Assembly (NCBI GenBank): GCA_963706595.1
Contig: OY970166.1
Coordinates: 2,112,001 to 2,176,000 of the forward strand
Direction: 5' to 3'
Length of the DNA: 64,000 nt
DNA from: an uncultured cyanobacterium
Lineage (GTDB): Bacteria > Cyanobacteriota > Cyanobacteriia > Cyanobacteriales > Nostocaceae
The notes beneath the pieces are model-generated. The model saw only the letters and a list, made by a program, of their open reading frames with translations. It made no database searches and had not been told where the DNA came from. Numbering within the stretch: the first letter of the stretch is position 1; each line of letters begins with the position of its first letter. Of the stretch, positions 1-10,376 are shown one piece after another. The position numbers and the translations under genes are program-made.

Positions 1-1005
1 GATAAAGCTTTATTTAGATTCGTCCTCATATCAGCTTTCCTGGCTTACTTCTATATACTGATGTCAGTTGATTTCAATCTTGAAAAACTGATAGAAGCTT
101 TATTAGGTCCACGATTTTCTGTACCTTGGGGGCGGGGACAGTTGGGTGACTGGCGAGTATTTTTGTCGGAATTAAAATTGTTCTCCTATGTTATACCTCC
201 CCTGGCAGGTATTATCTGGAATCGTCGTCAATCTTTTCGCGGTTGGCAGGTATTTATAGTGATGTTGATCTTTGCATTCACTTTGTTTGAAGGATTTGCA
301 GGAGGTACACGCAATGTGTTTGCTTCCTACATTGCCACGTTTTTGGGGGGATATTTACTAACATTAAAACGGTTTAATCTTTTCAATGTTTGTCTTCCTC
401 TTGGAGTCTTGGGTTATGTGATGGTGTTTGCTACCCGTCATATGCTGGGGTTTAGAGACATGGGGATAACTCAATATTTAGCAATTGCGGCTTACGCTAC
501 TCCAAAAGTCCAAGCAACGCTATCAGTTGACTACAACCTTTGGAGTATGGGTTTATTGGTAGATGCCTTTCCTAATAAACATGATTTTTTAGGACTGGAA
601 CTTTTGTTTGTATTCTTTACAAAACCCATACCTAGAGTGCTATGGCCAAATAAACCAGAAGGGTTGAGTACATCCATCGAAGAAGTTGTCGGTGCAGAGG
701 GTTGGACTGTGGCGGCAACTTATGTTGGTGAAAGCTATATGATCGGTGGGATATTGGCAGTAATTTTAATATCCCTTTGTTTAGGAATTTTGGCTAACTG
801 GTGGTCTCGCACGGCGGCTTTTCATACTACCGGATATGGTATAGTCGTCAATGCACTTGGCTTTTTTACAGCTGTGATTTCTATGCGTAGTCTGATCGTC
901 TTTACAACATCAATGTTACCTATTTTGGGGTTAATCTTTATTGCTAAAACTTTTCCCGGTTTATTGGGGAGTAAACGTTTACGTCCGCAGTACCTGCGAA
1001 GATAA
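1..1005 (+). CDS. Polytopic membrane protein, Wzy/O-antigen polymerase-like (5' end lies before the window)
   Basis: Frame is open from position 1; many hydrophobic helices; PIPRxLWPxKP motif typical of Wzy-like proteins; next to glycosyltransferase and acetyltransferase genes. Confidence 0.6.
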   Translation, partial: DKALFRFVLISAFLAYFYILMSVDFNLEKLIEALLGPRFSVPWGRGQLGDWRVFLSELKLFSYVIPPLAGIIWNRRQSFRGWQVFIVMLIFAFTLFEGFAGGTRNVFASYIATFLGGYLLTLKRFNLFNVCLPLGVLGYVMVFATRHMLGFRDMGITQYLAIAAYATPKVQATLSVDYNLWSMGLLVDAFPNKHDFLGLELLFVFFTKPIPRVLWPNKPEGLSTSIEEVVGAEGWTVAATYVGESYMIGGILAVILISLCLGILANWWSRTAAFHTTGYGIVVNALGFFTAVISMRSLIVFTTSMLPILGLIFIAKTFPGLLGSKRLRPQYLRR

Positions 1006-1029
1006 ATATTATTTTGAGTATTCTATAAA

Positions 1030-2196
1030 ATGAAAGTTTTACACATAATTCCTTCCATCAGCCCTAAGCTCGGCGGTCCAACTCAGGTAGTGTTGAATTT
1101 GGTAAGGGCTTTAAGAACAGAGGGAATTGATGTAGAAATTGCCACTACTAATGATGATGACGGATTATTGCTAGATGTACCGCTATCAGAACTGATAGAA
1201 TATCAAGGATTACCAGTTTGGTTTTTTCCCCGTGTAGCTAGGATAAAAGCATTTTTACCTTCTTGGGCATTTACACGCTGGCTGTGGCAAAATATCAAAA
1301 ATTACGATATTTTAGATAATCACTATTTATTTTCCTATCTTCCTACCTGTGCTGCTATAGTTGCCCAGTGGCAACAAGTTCCATACACGGTGAGAATTAT
1401 GGGACAATTAACCCCTTGGGCATTGGCACAAAGTCAGTTAAAAAAGCAAGTTTATAGCTATTTAATTGAGCGACGCAATTTAAATAATGCTGCGGCTATT
1501 CACTGTACGTCTTCAGGTGAGCTTGAGGATGCCATCAGATTTGACGTGAAGCCGGCTAAAATCGTTTTACCTCTGGGAGTTAATGCTCCCAAATTGATTC
1601 CTGATGCTAAATCTAAATTGCGACATCACTACAATATTTCTCAGGAAATTCCGGTTGTGCTTTTTCTCTCTCGTCTGCACTATAAAAAACGTCCTGAACT
1701 GTTGATTCAAACATTAGGTGAGTTAGGAAAACAGCAACAACAGTTTCACTTGATTCTAGCTGGTTCTGGAGATGATCTATATGTTCAATCTTTACATAAA
1801 ATGGTGGAAGATGTCAACATAACCAACCAAACTTCCTTTGTGGGGTTTGTGAGTGGATATGAGAAAGATTTGCTATTACAAGGTGCTGACTTGTTTGTGT
1901 TACCAACTTATTCGGAAAATTTCGGCATTGCTTTAGCAGAAGCGATGGTGTCTGGTTTACCAATTATCACAACCCCAGGTGTGCAAATTGCCCCAGAAAT
2001 CGCACAAGCCAAAGCCGGAATCATTGTAGAAGGAGAAATAGAACCATTACAAGCAGCGATTGCTCATCTTCTCAACTCACCCCAGTTACGCTATGAATTG
2101 GGTAACAATGGTCGGCTATTTGCTCTAGAACACTACTCATGGCCAGCGATCGCTAAGAAATTAGCTTCAGTTTACCAAGCCATTCTCAATGTATAG
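1030..2196 (+). CDS. Glycosyltransferase family 4 (GT-B)
   Basis: N-terminal MKVLHIIPS..GGP; C-terminal ENFGIALAEAM (E-x7-E) motif. Confidence 0.9.
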   Translation: MKVLHIIPSISPKLGGPTQVVLNLVRALRTEGIDVEIATTNDDDGLLLDVPLSELIEYQGLPVWFFPRVARIKAFLPSWAFTRWLWQNIKNYDILDNHYLFSYLPTCAAIVAQWQQVPYTVRIMGQLTPWALAQSQLKKQVYSYLIERRNLNNAAAIHCTSSGELEDAIRFDVKPAKIVLPLGVNAPKLIPDAKSKLRHHYNISQEIPVVLFLSRLHYKKRPELLIQTLGELGKQQQQFHLILAGSGDDLYVQSLHKMVEDVNITNQTSFVGFVSGYEKDLLLQGADLFVLPTYSENFGIALAEAMVSGLPIITTPGVQIAPEIAQAKAGIIVEGEIEPLQAAIAHLLNSPQLRYELGNNGRLFALEHYSWPAIAKKLASVYQAILNV

Positions 2197-2233
2197 AATA
2201 CAGTAGAATGAAAAACTAATTTCAGTTGCTGCC

Positions 2234-2821
2234 ATGTTGAAGCTGAACAAAAAATATGGGTTTGTAATTATAGCAGGTTTTATACTAGGATTATTGAGCA
2301 TAATTCCCGTCCGACTAGCGATCGCCTCTTACCAGTCTCCCCATCCCCAAGCTATCCTTACCCTTGGTGGCGGTCCAGATCGAGAAGAATTTACGGCTCA
2401 ATTTGCCCAAAAATATCCCCAGTTAGATATCTGGGTTTCTAGCGGTAGCCCTCCAGAAAAAGCCCTGGACATCTTCCAAAATGCAGATATTGCTAACGAC
2501 CGCTTTCACCTCGATTACCGTGCTGTTGACACTGTTACCAACTTCACAACCCTAGTTGATGATTTTAAGCACGAGAACATTCAGCACATATATTTAATTA
2601 CTTCGAGCTTTCATATGCCCAGAGCCAAAGCCATAGCCACCATAGTTCTGGGTAGTCAAGGCATAACTTTTACCCCCATATCTATCCCCTCCTCAAAACC
2701 TAGAGAATCAATAGTTCGCATTGTCAGGGATAGTGGACGTTCCCTACTGTGGATTGTATCAGGTCGGACTGGAGCCAGCTTTAACCCTCGTTTTCGTGAG
2801 CCATCTTATGCGGCTAGATAA
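2234..2821 (+). CDS. YdcF/DUF218 family protein
   Basis: ILTLGGG, DTVTNF and LITSSFHMPRA motifs. Confidence 0.85.
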   Translation: MLKLNKKYGFVIIAGFILGLLSIIPVRLAIASYQSPHPQAILTLGGGPDREEFTAQFAQKYPQLDIWVSSGSPPEKALDIFQNADIANDRFHLDYRAVDTVTNFTTLVDDFKHENIQHIYLITSSFHMPRAKAIATIVLGSQGITFTPISIPSSKPRESIVRIVRDSGRSLLWIVSGRTGASFNPRFREPSYAAR

Positions 2822-3350
2822 ATATACCCTGGGCAGTTATACCCCTGGCGCACCCTACTGGAAACAGCTTTTGTGGTACTTCCTGGGATCTCCCTTAGTT
2901 GAGAGTCCTTGGCTTCCCATCTCATCTGTGAAGGTGGGGATATTACGGATTTTTGGCGCTAGTATTGGTCAGGGTGTTCGCATTAAGCCAGGAATGCGGG
3001 TGAAGTTTCCTTGGCGGTTAACTTTAGGCGATTATGTTTGGATTGGTGAAGATACTTGGATAGATAACCTCGCTGATGTGACTATAGAAAGTCATGTTTG
3101 CATATCTCAAGGTGTGTATCTCTGCACAGGGAATCATAATTGGAGTCACCCTAATTTTGAGTTGAAAACTGCCCCCATTTATATTCAAGAAAGTAGTTGG
3201 ATTGCCGCTAAGTCAGTCATTGGTCCTGGCGTTACTGTTGGGAAAGGTGCTGTGTTGACTTTAGGTGGAGTTGCTGCTAAATCATTGGCATCGATGACTA
3301 TTTATGCAGGAAATCCGGCAGAACCAATTAAGGAAAGAAAGATGCTCTAG
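2808..3350 (+). CDS. WcaF-like polysaccharide O-acetyltransferase (hexapeptide repeat)
   Basis: FGASIG..VRIKP..RVKFPWRL, LCTGNHNW, YAGNPA; ATG at 2808 overlaps the upstream stop. Confidence 0.85.
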   Translation: MRLDKYTLGSYTPGAPYWKQLLWYFLGSPLVESPWLPISSVKVGILRIFGASIGQGVRIKPGMRVKFPWRLTLGDYVWIGEDTWIDNLADVTIESHVCISQGVYLCTGNHNWSHPNFELKTAPIYIQESSWIAAKSVIGPGVTVGKGAVLTLGGVAAKSLASMTIYAGNPAEPIKERKML

Positions 3351-3428
3351 CATTTCTGAGTCAAGGAAGGATTTGAGGAAGGAGCAATTGATGAATTTAT
3401 CGGAAATTTCAGCCAACAAGAATGGAAA

Positions 3429-3890
3429 TTACTCTCTTGATGTCCAAGACCTGAGTTTGCTAATTACGGGTTTGTCAGGTTTAGATAAATTGAGTCGATA
3501 TTGGGTGATTGGTACATAAGAGCCATTACCATCACGGACGGTAACGAGAAAGGCGGTTTTATTACGTGGATCTTTGCGAATATTATCGATGTAACCAGAT
3601 TGTATTTGTGGGATATTTAAAAGCTTTGCTTGTTTAAATCCTGGTCGGGAAATACAGGTAATGGGAGAACCATCTATATATTGACCTGAATAAAACCAAT
3701 AAGTTTGTCCTTGGGTTTGAAATTCAAATTTGGACATCACCGTAAATCTGTCAAACTCGTCTAATTGCTGATTTTGTTGGCAGGTATTGTCAATATATAT
3801 TTCTTGAGCATGGGCAGGAGTGCTGGTAAATAACCCCAACATGAAACTAATTGCTAATCCAGTTGTTAGTGTGATTTTAGACTTAATCAT
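3429..3890 (-). CDS. Secreted hypothetical protein
   Basis: Signal peptide ending AHA-Q; 153 aa ORF. Confidence 0.65.
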   Translation of the reverse strand: MIKSKITLTTGLAISFMLGLFTSTPAHAQEIYIDNTCQQNQQLDEFDRFTVMSKFEFQTQGQTYWFYSGQYIDGSPITCISRPGFKQAKLLNIPQIQSGYIDNIRKDPRNKTAFLVTVRDGNGSYVPITQYRLNLSKPDKPVISKLRSWTSRE

Positions 3891-4028
3891 CAGTTGATTC
3901 CCAAAATTTGGTGAGCGATGGCTCGCTTGCAGATGATAGGCTATTGGGACTGCTCACAGTTTGATGATTCCGCCCTAAAAAACCTAAAATAATTGAGTGC
4001 GATTGAAAGCTTAAGGAATCATTTTATC

Positions 4029-4514
4029 ATGTCCCATCTACTAACAGTCTTCACACAGCGACTCCGGCGGATGATCACTTTTGTCATCTTCCTCACTCTG
4101 GTCAGTAGTTTAATACTTCCTGCCCCTAGTTGGGCTTCTGGTTTGGGAGTTGAAAATGGTCATCTGAGTTCTTGTCCAGCTTCAGATAACTGTGTTGTCA
4201 GCCAAGACGCTGATGCTAAACACGCCATTGACCCCATTACCTATCATGTAGACCGCGATGCAGCACGAGCAACTTTACTGAAAGTTCTCGGTGTTGTTCC
4301 CCGCACAGAGGTGATAGAACAAACAGATAATTACATTCATGCTCTATCTAAAAGCCGCATCTTTAAATTTGTGGATGATGTAGAGTTTTATTTACCTGCC
4401 AATGAGCCTGTGATTCATACCCGTTCGGCATCTCGCATAGGAGAATCGGATCTGGGAGTCAATCGCAGGCGTGTAGAGCAAATTCGCCTAGCTTTGCGCG
4501 ATTTAAACATTTAA
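4029..4514 (+). CDS. DUF1499 family protein
   Basis: CP.S.NCVVS, FVDDVEF, RSASRIGESDLGVNRRR motifs. Confidence 0.85.
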   Translation: MSHLLTVFTQRLRRMITFVIFLTLVSSLILPAPSWASGLGVENGHLSSCPASDNCVVSQDADAKHAIDPITYHVDRDAARATLLKVLGVVPRTEVIEQTDNYIHALSKSRIFKFVDDVEFYLPANEPVIHTRSASRIGESDLGVNRRRVEQIRLALRDLNI

Positions 4515-4632
4515 TTGCCAAATATCGCCCGTTGTGTTAATTCGCGGTGTGCTACACCTGTGGATATGCGGCGGGATTAATGCTACTGTTTGAGCGATCG
4601 CTTTATTGATATTTTTACGCAAGGATTTTGTT

Positions 4633-5025
4633 ATGCTGCCCTGGACTGGTCTAATCACTGCTCTGACACTTTTATTATATTTGGTCATCACCATTAATGT
4701 TGGTCGAGCCAGAGCCAAATACAAAGTCTTACCTCCCCAAATGACCGGAAACCAAGACTTTGAAAGAGTGGTGCGTGTGCAACAAAATACTCTAGAGCAA
4801 ATGGTTTTCTTCCTTCCCGCTTTATGGTTATTTTCTTTATACCTCAGCCAATTCTGGGGGGCGGGTATTGGTGCAGTTTGGGTTCTGGGTCGCATTGTTT
4901 ACGCTTGGGGATATTATCAAGCCGCCGAAAAACGCATGATTGGCTTCGGTATCAGTTCTCTGAGTAGTATGGTGCTACTTTTAGGTTCCCTGATTGGCAT
5001 CATCCTATCTTTGGTGCAATCATAG
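4633..5025 (+). CDS. MAPEG family membrane protein
   Basis: VGRARAKYKV.PP, FERVVRVQQNTLE, GRIVYAWGY. Confidence 0.9.
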   Translation: MLPWTGLITALTLLLYLVITINVGRARAKYKVLPPQMTGNQDFERVVRVQQNTLEQMVFFLPALWLFSLYLSQFWGAGIGAVWVLGRIVYAWGYYQAAEKRMIGFGISSLSSMVLLLGSLIGIILSLVQS

Positions 5026-5075
5026 AAATAGTTATAGTTAGGATTAAGTTTTTTTCCCCAATAAATATTAATTCT

Positions 5076-5597
5076 ATGTGTCACCTGAAGCGCAAAATTG
5101 GGCAAAATTTGTGGCGTTGCACCCTAATAATTCTGATGGCCTTGACATTTGGTGGATGGGGTATGGAATCAGCACAGGCGTTACTGCGGCAACATCATGA
5201 TTCCCCTGGTGTTTTGCGCTACCATTCCCAAGTATCTCTCAAAGATGAGAAAGGGTACGCTTGGCAAGTGCTGCTGTTCAAACAAAATGACAACAGTCCA
5301 GTCCAAAACTTCAGGTTACGTGTGGTGGGTTTTCCTGGTATCGCTGAAATTGCCCACCCCCAACCATTAGAAATTGAGGCAGCATCAGGAAAATTGCTCA
5401 GTGCATCTGATGCTTATGCTTTAGCTGCACCCGCCCCCAATGTAGGTGAATATGAATTCACTAACATTTTACCCCAATTGCCAACCACCGATGCGCTCAA
5501 ACTTTATGTGCCTACTCAAAACGGCAAGCCATTAGTTCTCAAAATCCCCAACAATGTAGTTACAGAGTGGCAATGGCTAGTCACAGAAATTCATTGA
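5076..5597 (+). CDS. DUF3122 family protein
   Basis: SLKD..G.AWQVLLFK, LRVVGFPG, NVGEY motifs of a cyanobacterial family. Confidence 0.75.
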   Translation: MCHLKRKIGQNLWRCTLIILMALTFGGWGMESAQALLRQHHDSPGVLRYHSQVSLKDEKGYAWQVLLFKQNDNSPVQNFRLRVVGFPGIAEIAHPQPLEIEAASGKLLSASDAYALAAPAPNVGEYEFTNILPQLPTTDALKLYVPTQNGKPLVLKIPNNVVTEWQWLVTEIH

Positions 5598-5676
5598 TTT
5601 TAATAGTTAACTAGCGCTACAAGCGGGGTGCAGTGCAATGATTTTGATCATGGTAATTAATTAACTGCGATTGATT

Positions 5677-6441
5677 TTATTTCTGGTTGATAAACTCAAT
5701 TTGTGATGCTGAAATTTGCTTCACATTCGCTTCGATCATTAGTGTAATACTTTCCTGTTCAACTTCCATATTTATAATCCGAAATGCTATATCTTCCCAC
5801 TTCAAAAAAGGTAGATTTGCTAGTTCTTTTACCTTCTGCATAAATGCTGAAATTAGTTCTACAGAAATTCCTTCTCCTTCAGTACAAGTGACACTTGACA
5901 GCAAGATGGGTTGGGAATTAGTCCGGGGGATAAAAGTCAATGTCACACCTAATAAACGCGTATTTTCCTCTGATTTTAGCAGCCCTGTGGCATTGAACCC
6001 GATTTTGCCATCTCCAGGTAAAAATATATCAGTATGTTGCGGCTCAAAACTGATAATTTCGCCGTCTACATTTAACGGAAAGTTGGCTACCAAACTACGA
6101 ATTAAGTCTGAGGTCAAAGCGAGATTAATATCTGTTTTTGTGAGGACAATACGCGCCACCGCATTTACAGGTTCATTCAGTTCAATTTGACCGAAAATAG
6201 CACTTAAAGGATTTATGGAAATATTATCTGTTTGCAGTTTTATTTCCTGCACCCGGATATTTTCTTGTATTACTAATCCTTGACCTGCAACAGAAACTTT
6301 CTCGGCTTTTCCCTGGACAATTTTTACCACATCAGTGTCTACATTTATATCAATTTGTTCAGATGCATCTAGTTTTTCAGATACTCTTTGTTCTGCTTGA
6401 TGTGATATAAATTGTTCTTCTAAACGTTGGTTTTCTGGCAT
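5677..6441 (-). CDS. DUF2993/LmeA-like protein
   Basis: INPLSAIFGQIEL..P..A.ARIVLT..DIN.AL.S; likely ATG at 6441. Confidence 0.7.
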   Translation of the reverse strand: MPENQRLEEQFISHQAEQRVSEKLDASEQIDINVDTDVVKIVQGKAEKVSVAGQGLVIQENIRVQEIKLQTDNISINPLSAIFGQIELNEPVNAVARIVLTKTDINLALTSDLIRSLVANFPLNVDGEIISFEPQHTDIFLPGDGKIGFNATGLLKSEENTRLLGVTLTFIPRTNSQPILLSSVTCTEGEGISVELISAFMQKVKELANLPFLKWEDIAFRIINMEVEQESITLMIEANVKQISASQIEFINQK

Positions 6442-6739
6442 CAAATTTTGCGCTCCTAAGTTCCATATACTGGTTACTTTAAACTTTAAATACTCAGGAA
6501 GGTATCTACAATAAGATATATGCAAATGTGAGTATATTAGAAAAGTGTAATTTTTCTGTTTAAAGCAGTAATACTACTTAAATTCACTAAAAATAATTCA
6601 GTGTTTGTTGGACAACTATTTAAAGTCCTTATCCTCACCTTGCGAAAATGCAATAAGTTCTGACTACCTCAAAGATGTAAAATTTTTGTTAAATTCATCA
6701 AGCATCTAGAATTTGTCCTCTTTTTATAAGGTTCTCAGC

Positions 6740-8944
6740 ATGACATCAAAAGCATCTTCCGCCCTACCTAATTTTTGTGAAGGGATTCAATATTTTGGTG
6801 AGGCGTTACCAAATTTTGAAAAATATGGTATAATGCCAGCTATAGAGTCTGGCAAGAAGGCGATCGCAGACCCTACAGATGCCGCAGCCGTCTATCAAAC
6901 TTTACTTGCTGCTGATGCCCTGCGCTACCTGACGCTGCAAGTTACAGCTAGTAAAGCATCTGGACACCCAGGCGGTTTTGCCAGTCAAGCAGAAGCTTAT
7001 GCAGCCCTAGTAATGCTGGGTCATAAGAATATTATCACCGAAGTGGGACACCACGCCCCTGGATTCTATAGTGCCATGTTTTTGGATCGTTCCTTGGAAG
7101 ACATGGGCATTTCTACAGTACAGCAATTGCGCGATCGCTTCCGCGAAAAGCACGGACTCTTAGGACACCTTTCCGGTTTCATTCCTGGCATTCTCGCACC
7201 GGCTGGACCACTAGGACAAGGACAACACTTTGCTATGTCCGCCGCCTTGCTGCATCAAGATAAATTATTCCCCTTTACTGTGGGTGATGGTGGATTGGGT
7301 GAGCCTTATATTGTCAGTGCGATCGCCCACTTTAACACAGCATATCCTAGCGTCACCAACTTCTTACCCGTCATGGTGTGGAATGGTTACAGCCAAGAAC
7401 ATCATAGTATGGTTTCCCTGAAAACCAACGCCGAAATGAAAGCCTACTGGCAAGGAAACGGTTTTGCGGAAGTCGTATTAGTGGATGCGAAAGACTTTGA
7501 CGACCAAAACCAACCAGGGGATTATGTAGATAGTACCGTCTTTTCCTTCGAGCAGCGCCTAGCCTTCACCAAAGCCGTACTTTTGGGAATAGATAAAGCC
7601 GCCCATTCTGCGATGAATGGACAGTTAACGGTATTCATCATTAAACAACTCAAAGGCGCAGGAGTTCACGCCCTGGGTTCCCAATCTCACAACCTTTATC
7701 CGAAAGATACCCTAGACGCGCCGCACATTATCAGTGCATTAAAAACCCGTGCTTTATCAGTAGAAGCTTGGGAATTAGTCCGCACAAATGCCGAACGCGC
7801 CGGAGGAGGTCCCGCAGCGAAAACAGTAGTTACAGAATTTGAATTACCCTTAGCAGATTTAGGACAATTACCATTAGAAGAATATACAGTAGGTGGAGAT
7901 CCCAAAGTTGCCACAACCGTAATGGGTAAATTAGTGGGATATGTGGGTAAAAAAGATAGTAACTTCTTAGTCACCAACGCCGACGGAAACGCCGCATCAG
8001 GAATTGGTAACATTAATGAAGCATTAAAAATCATTCACCCCACAACCGATGATTTATATAACCAAGCACCAAACGGACAAGTTTATGAACCATTGAGTGA
8101 AGATGCTTGTGCAGGTTTAGCGGCTGGTTTAGCCTTAATGGGTGCGAGAACATTATGGTGTTCTTATGAATCTTTTGCCATCAACGGTGTACCAATTTGG
8201 CAAACAGTCATCCAAGCAATGGCAGAATTGCGCCGTCAAACACCGTCTAGCATAACATTATTTACAGCCGGAGCATTAGAGCAAGGGCGCAACGGTTGGA
8301 CACACCAACGCCCGGAAATTGAAGCTTACTTTGCGTCACTGATGCGGAATGGAAATGTCTTCCCATTATTTCCCCCTGATGCTAACAGTATCCAAGGCTG
8401 TTATGACTGGGCTTTGCAAACAAAGAATAAGGGAATTGTGATTACAGCCAGTAAGTCACCGTTACCAATTCGCACAACTTTAGAACAAACTCGGCAAGGT
8501 TTAGAAGATGGTGCCATCTTATTACAAGAAGTCCCAGGAGATAAACAAGTTGTGTTTGCAGTCATTGGCGATATGACATTAATTCCTGTGTTTGAAGCGG
8601 CGGCTTTCTTAGAAACTGAAGGTATTGGAGTGAAGATTATTTCTATTATCAACCCTCGCCGTTTGTATCGTCCTAATGATACAGCTTGGGAAACTTGTTC
8701 AGAAGCCGATGGTGGTTTTATGGATGATGCCAAATTTGCCGAATTATTTGATGGAAGTGCCTTAATTGGTGTAACTGGTGGTGCTGCGGCGATGCTGGAA
8801 CCAATTATGTTACGCAGTAATTGCAAGCGTGATACTTTTGCCTGGAAGCGTGGGGAAACTACCGCCAGTGCGGGAGAGTTGATGGCGTTTAATGGCTTGA
8901 CTGCGGAAGCGTTGACTAAGCGTGCTATTGAGTTAGTGCATTAA
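6740..8944 (+). CDS. TPP-dependent phosphoketolase/transketolase-like enzyme
   Basis: SGHPGG, GPLGQG, GDG-x-NG TPP-binding motif, LSEDAC, QGRNGWTHQRP. Confidence 0.85.
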   Translation: MTSKASSALPNFCEGIQYFGEALPNFEKYGIMPAIESGKKAIADPTDAAAVYQTLLAADALRYLTLQVTASKASGHPGGFASQAEAYAALVMLGHKNIITEVGHHAPGFYSAMFLDRSLEDMGISTVQQLRDRFREKHGLLGHLSGFIPGILAPAGPLGQGQHFAMSAALLHQDKLFPFTVGDGGLGEPYIVSAIAHFNTAYPSVTNFLPVMVWNGYSQEHHSMVSLKTNAEMKAYWQGNGFAEVVLVDAKDFDDQNQPGDYVDSTVFSFEQRLAFTKAVLLGIDKAAHSAMNGQLTVFIIKQLKGAGVHALGSQSHNLYPKDTLDAPHIISALKTRALSVEAWELVRTNAERAGGGPAAKTVVTEFELPLADLGQLPLEEYTVGGDPKVATTVMGKLVGYVGKKDSNFLVTNADGNAASGIGNINEALKIIHPTTDDLYNQAPNGQVYEPLSEDACAGLAAGLALMGARTLWCSYESFAINGVPIWQTVIQAMAELRRQTPSSITLFTAGALEQGRNGWTHQRPEIEAYFASLMRNGNVFPLFPPDANSIQGCYDWALQTKNKGIVITASKSPLPIRTTLEQTRQGLEDGAILLQEVPGDKQVVFAVIGDMTLIPVFEAAAFLETEGIGVKIISIINPRRLYRPNDTAWETCSEADGGFMDDAKFAELFDGSALIGVTGGAAAMLEPIMLRSNCKRDTFAWKRGETTASAGELMAFNGLTAEALTKRAIELVH

Positions 8945-8968
8945 GGATTTTTAAATCAGTAACTTTCA

Positions 8969-9017
8969 CGTAAATACACGCATAAAAGACTAAAAGCTTT
9001 AATTGCGTGTATTTACG
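8969..9017. terminator. Stem-loop after the phosphoketolase-like gene (left border of the island)
   Basis: Perfect 14-bp inverted repeat CGTAAATACACGCA (8969-8982) / TGCGTGTATTTACG (9004-9017). Confidence 0.55.
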
Positions 9018-9092
9018 CTTCCTAATGTTAAATGTAGTTGGTATTAGTTAAAATACGGGTACTTAAAAAGTAAGATACTATTACAAAAAGCA

Positions 9093-9806
9093 ATGAAGAA
9101 GATAATATTTGTTACTGGTGTTACAAGAATGAGAGAAGGATTTGTATGTGTGAGTGGGATAGACGAGCAAGGGAACTTTGTAAGACCACAGATTCACTAT
9201 CCTGAAAGACCAGGTATCAAGCAGGAATTTCTTTACGTTGAAGGACAAGCAGTAATAAAACCTCTCGCTAAAGTAGAACTAGAGTTCTTAAACCCTGTTG
9301 CTAAGTCAGCATTTCATACGGAAGATTGGGAAATTGATGGTGAAGTTCAACCCAGATTAGTAGGTATACCGAATGATAGTGAAAAATTAGTTATCCTTAA
9401 TCAAAAAACTGATTTTTCATTAGAACAGGCATTAGCTGAACAATCACGTTCAATTGTTATTGTCAAAAGCCGTGAAGTTCCTGAGATTGAAGTTAGAACA
9501 TGGGACGATCAGTTAAAATGTCACTTGTCATTTTATGATGAGTTTGGTGATTATCACCCACACTTACCAGTAACAGATGCAAACTGGTTAGCCGTTTGTA
9601 AGTTTCTTTGGCAAACAGATAGAACAAATTTACAACCAAGATTGACTAAAGCATTGCAAGGTAAAGATATATTTATTAGAATTGGTATAACAAGAGAGTG
9701 GAAAGGTCAAAAATGGCGGCAAATTTCAGGTGTTTTCTCAGTACCAGACTGGTTACAAGGAAAATGTTTTGCTGATTTAGATTATGATTTTAGCGACTAT
9801 GTATGA
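9093..9806 (+). CDS. Dual OB-fold domain (DuOB)-like protein
   Basis: N-terminal CVSG.D..G.FVRP and H.ED motifs, LPVTD and IRIGITR motifs; directly upstream of two DUF488 genes. Confidence 0.7.
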   Translation: MKKIIFVTGVTRMREGFVCVSGIDEQGNFVRPQIHYPERPGIKQEFLYVEGQAVIKPLAKVELEFLNPVAKSAFHTEDWEIDGEVQPRLVGIPNDSEKLVILNQKTDFSLEQALAEQSRSIVIVKSREVPEIEVRTWDDQLKCHLSFYDEFGDYHPHLPVTDANWLAVCKFLWQTDRTNLQPRLTKALQGKDIFIRIGITREWKGQKWRQISGVFSVPDWLQGKCFADLDYDFSDYV

Positions 9807-9818
9807 GAGAAATAAACC

Positions 9819-10367
9819 ATGAATAATGATAAAGACTTAATTAAAAATAACAATCAATTAACCTTATTTACTATTGGTCATTCCAACCACTGCATTAATA
9901 AATTTATAGAGCTTTTGAAAGCTAACAATGTTTTGTGTATTGTTGATGTGAGAAGTATTCCCTATAGTAAATACAACCAAAGTTTTACTAAAGAAAAACT
10001 ATCTTCAGAATTGCTCCAACATGGAATTGACTATATTTGGATGGGAAATACTTTGGGAGGACGTAGAGATGAATTAGAAAATTCTAGAGGATTTAGGCAA
10101 GATGATAAGTATGATTCAGACCAGGAATATAATACTGGAATTTTAGAACTTATGAGTGTAGCATTTTCCAAAAGAACTGCAATAATGTGTAGTGAAGAAG
10201 ATCCTCGTGACTGTCATCGGCACAAAATTATAGCTAATACTTTATTGCGAAACTTACCAAAAGATTATAAAATTAATAATGCAAAAATTACTCACATTCG
10301 AGCTAGTGGTAAACTAGAAGATGCTTCATTAGTTCAGATTTACTTTCAATTATCATTATTTGGCTAG
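9819..10367 (+). CDS. DUF488 family protein
   Basis: LFTIGHSN, IVDVRSIPYS, LGGR, MCSEEDPRDCHR motifs; C-terminal QLSLF. Confidence 0.9.
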   Translation: MNNDKDLIKNNNQLTLFTIGHSNHCINKFIELLKANNVLCIVDVRSIPYSKYNQSFTKEKLSSELLQHGIDYIWMGNTLGGRRDELENSRGFRQDDKYDSDQEYNTGILELMSVAFSKRTAIMCSEEDPRDCHRHKIIANTLLRNLPKDYKINNAKITHIRASGKLEDASLVQIYFQLSLFG

Positions 10368-10376
10368 TTACACAAT

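Noticed and set aside
4503..8826. Antisense and alternate-frame ORFs over MAPEG, DUF2993 and phosphoketolase genes (and similar ones over clpB, htpG, eno, ribBA, ftsY)
   Set aside because: Shadow ORFs of well-supported genes with no independent motifs.
9852..9872. N-terminal QLTLF of the first DUF488 as a second clamp motif
   Set aside because: Overlaps the conserved first strand (LFTIGHS), so likely coincidental.
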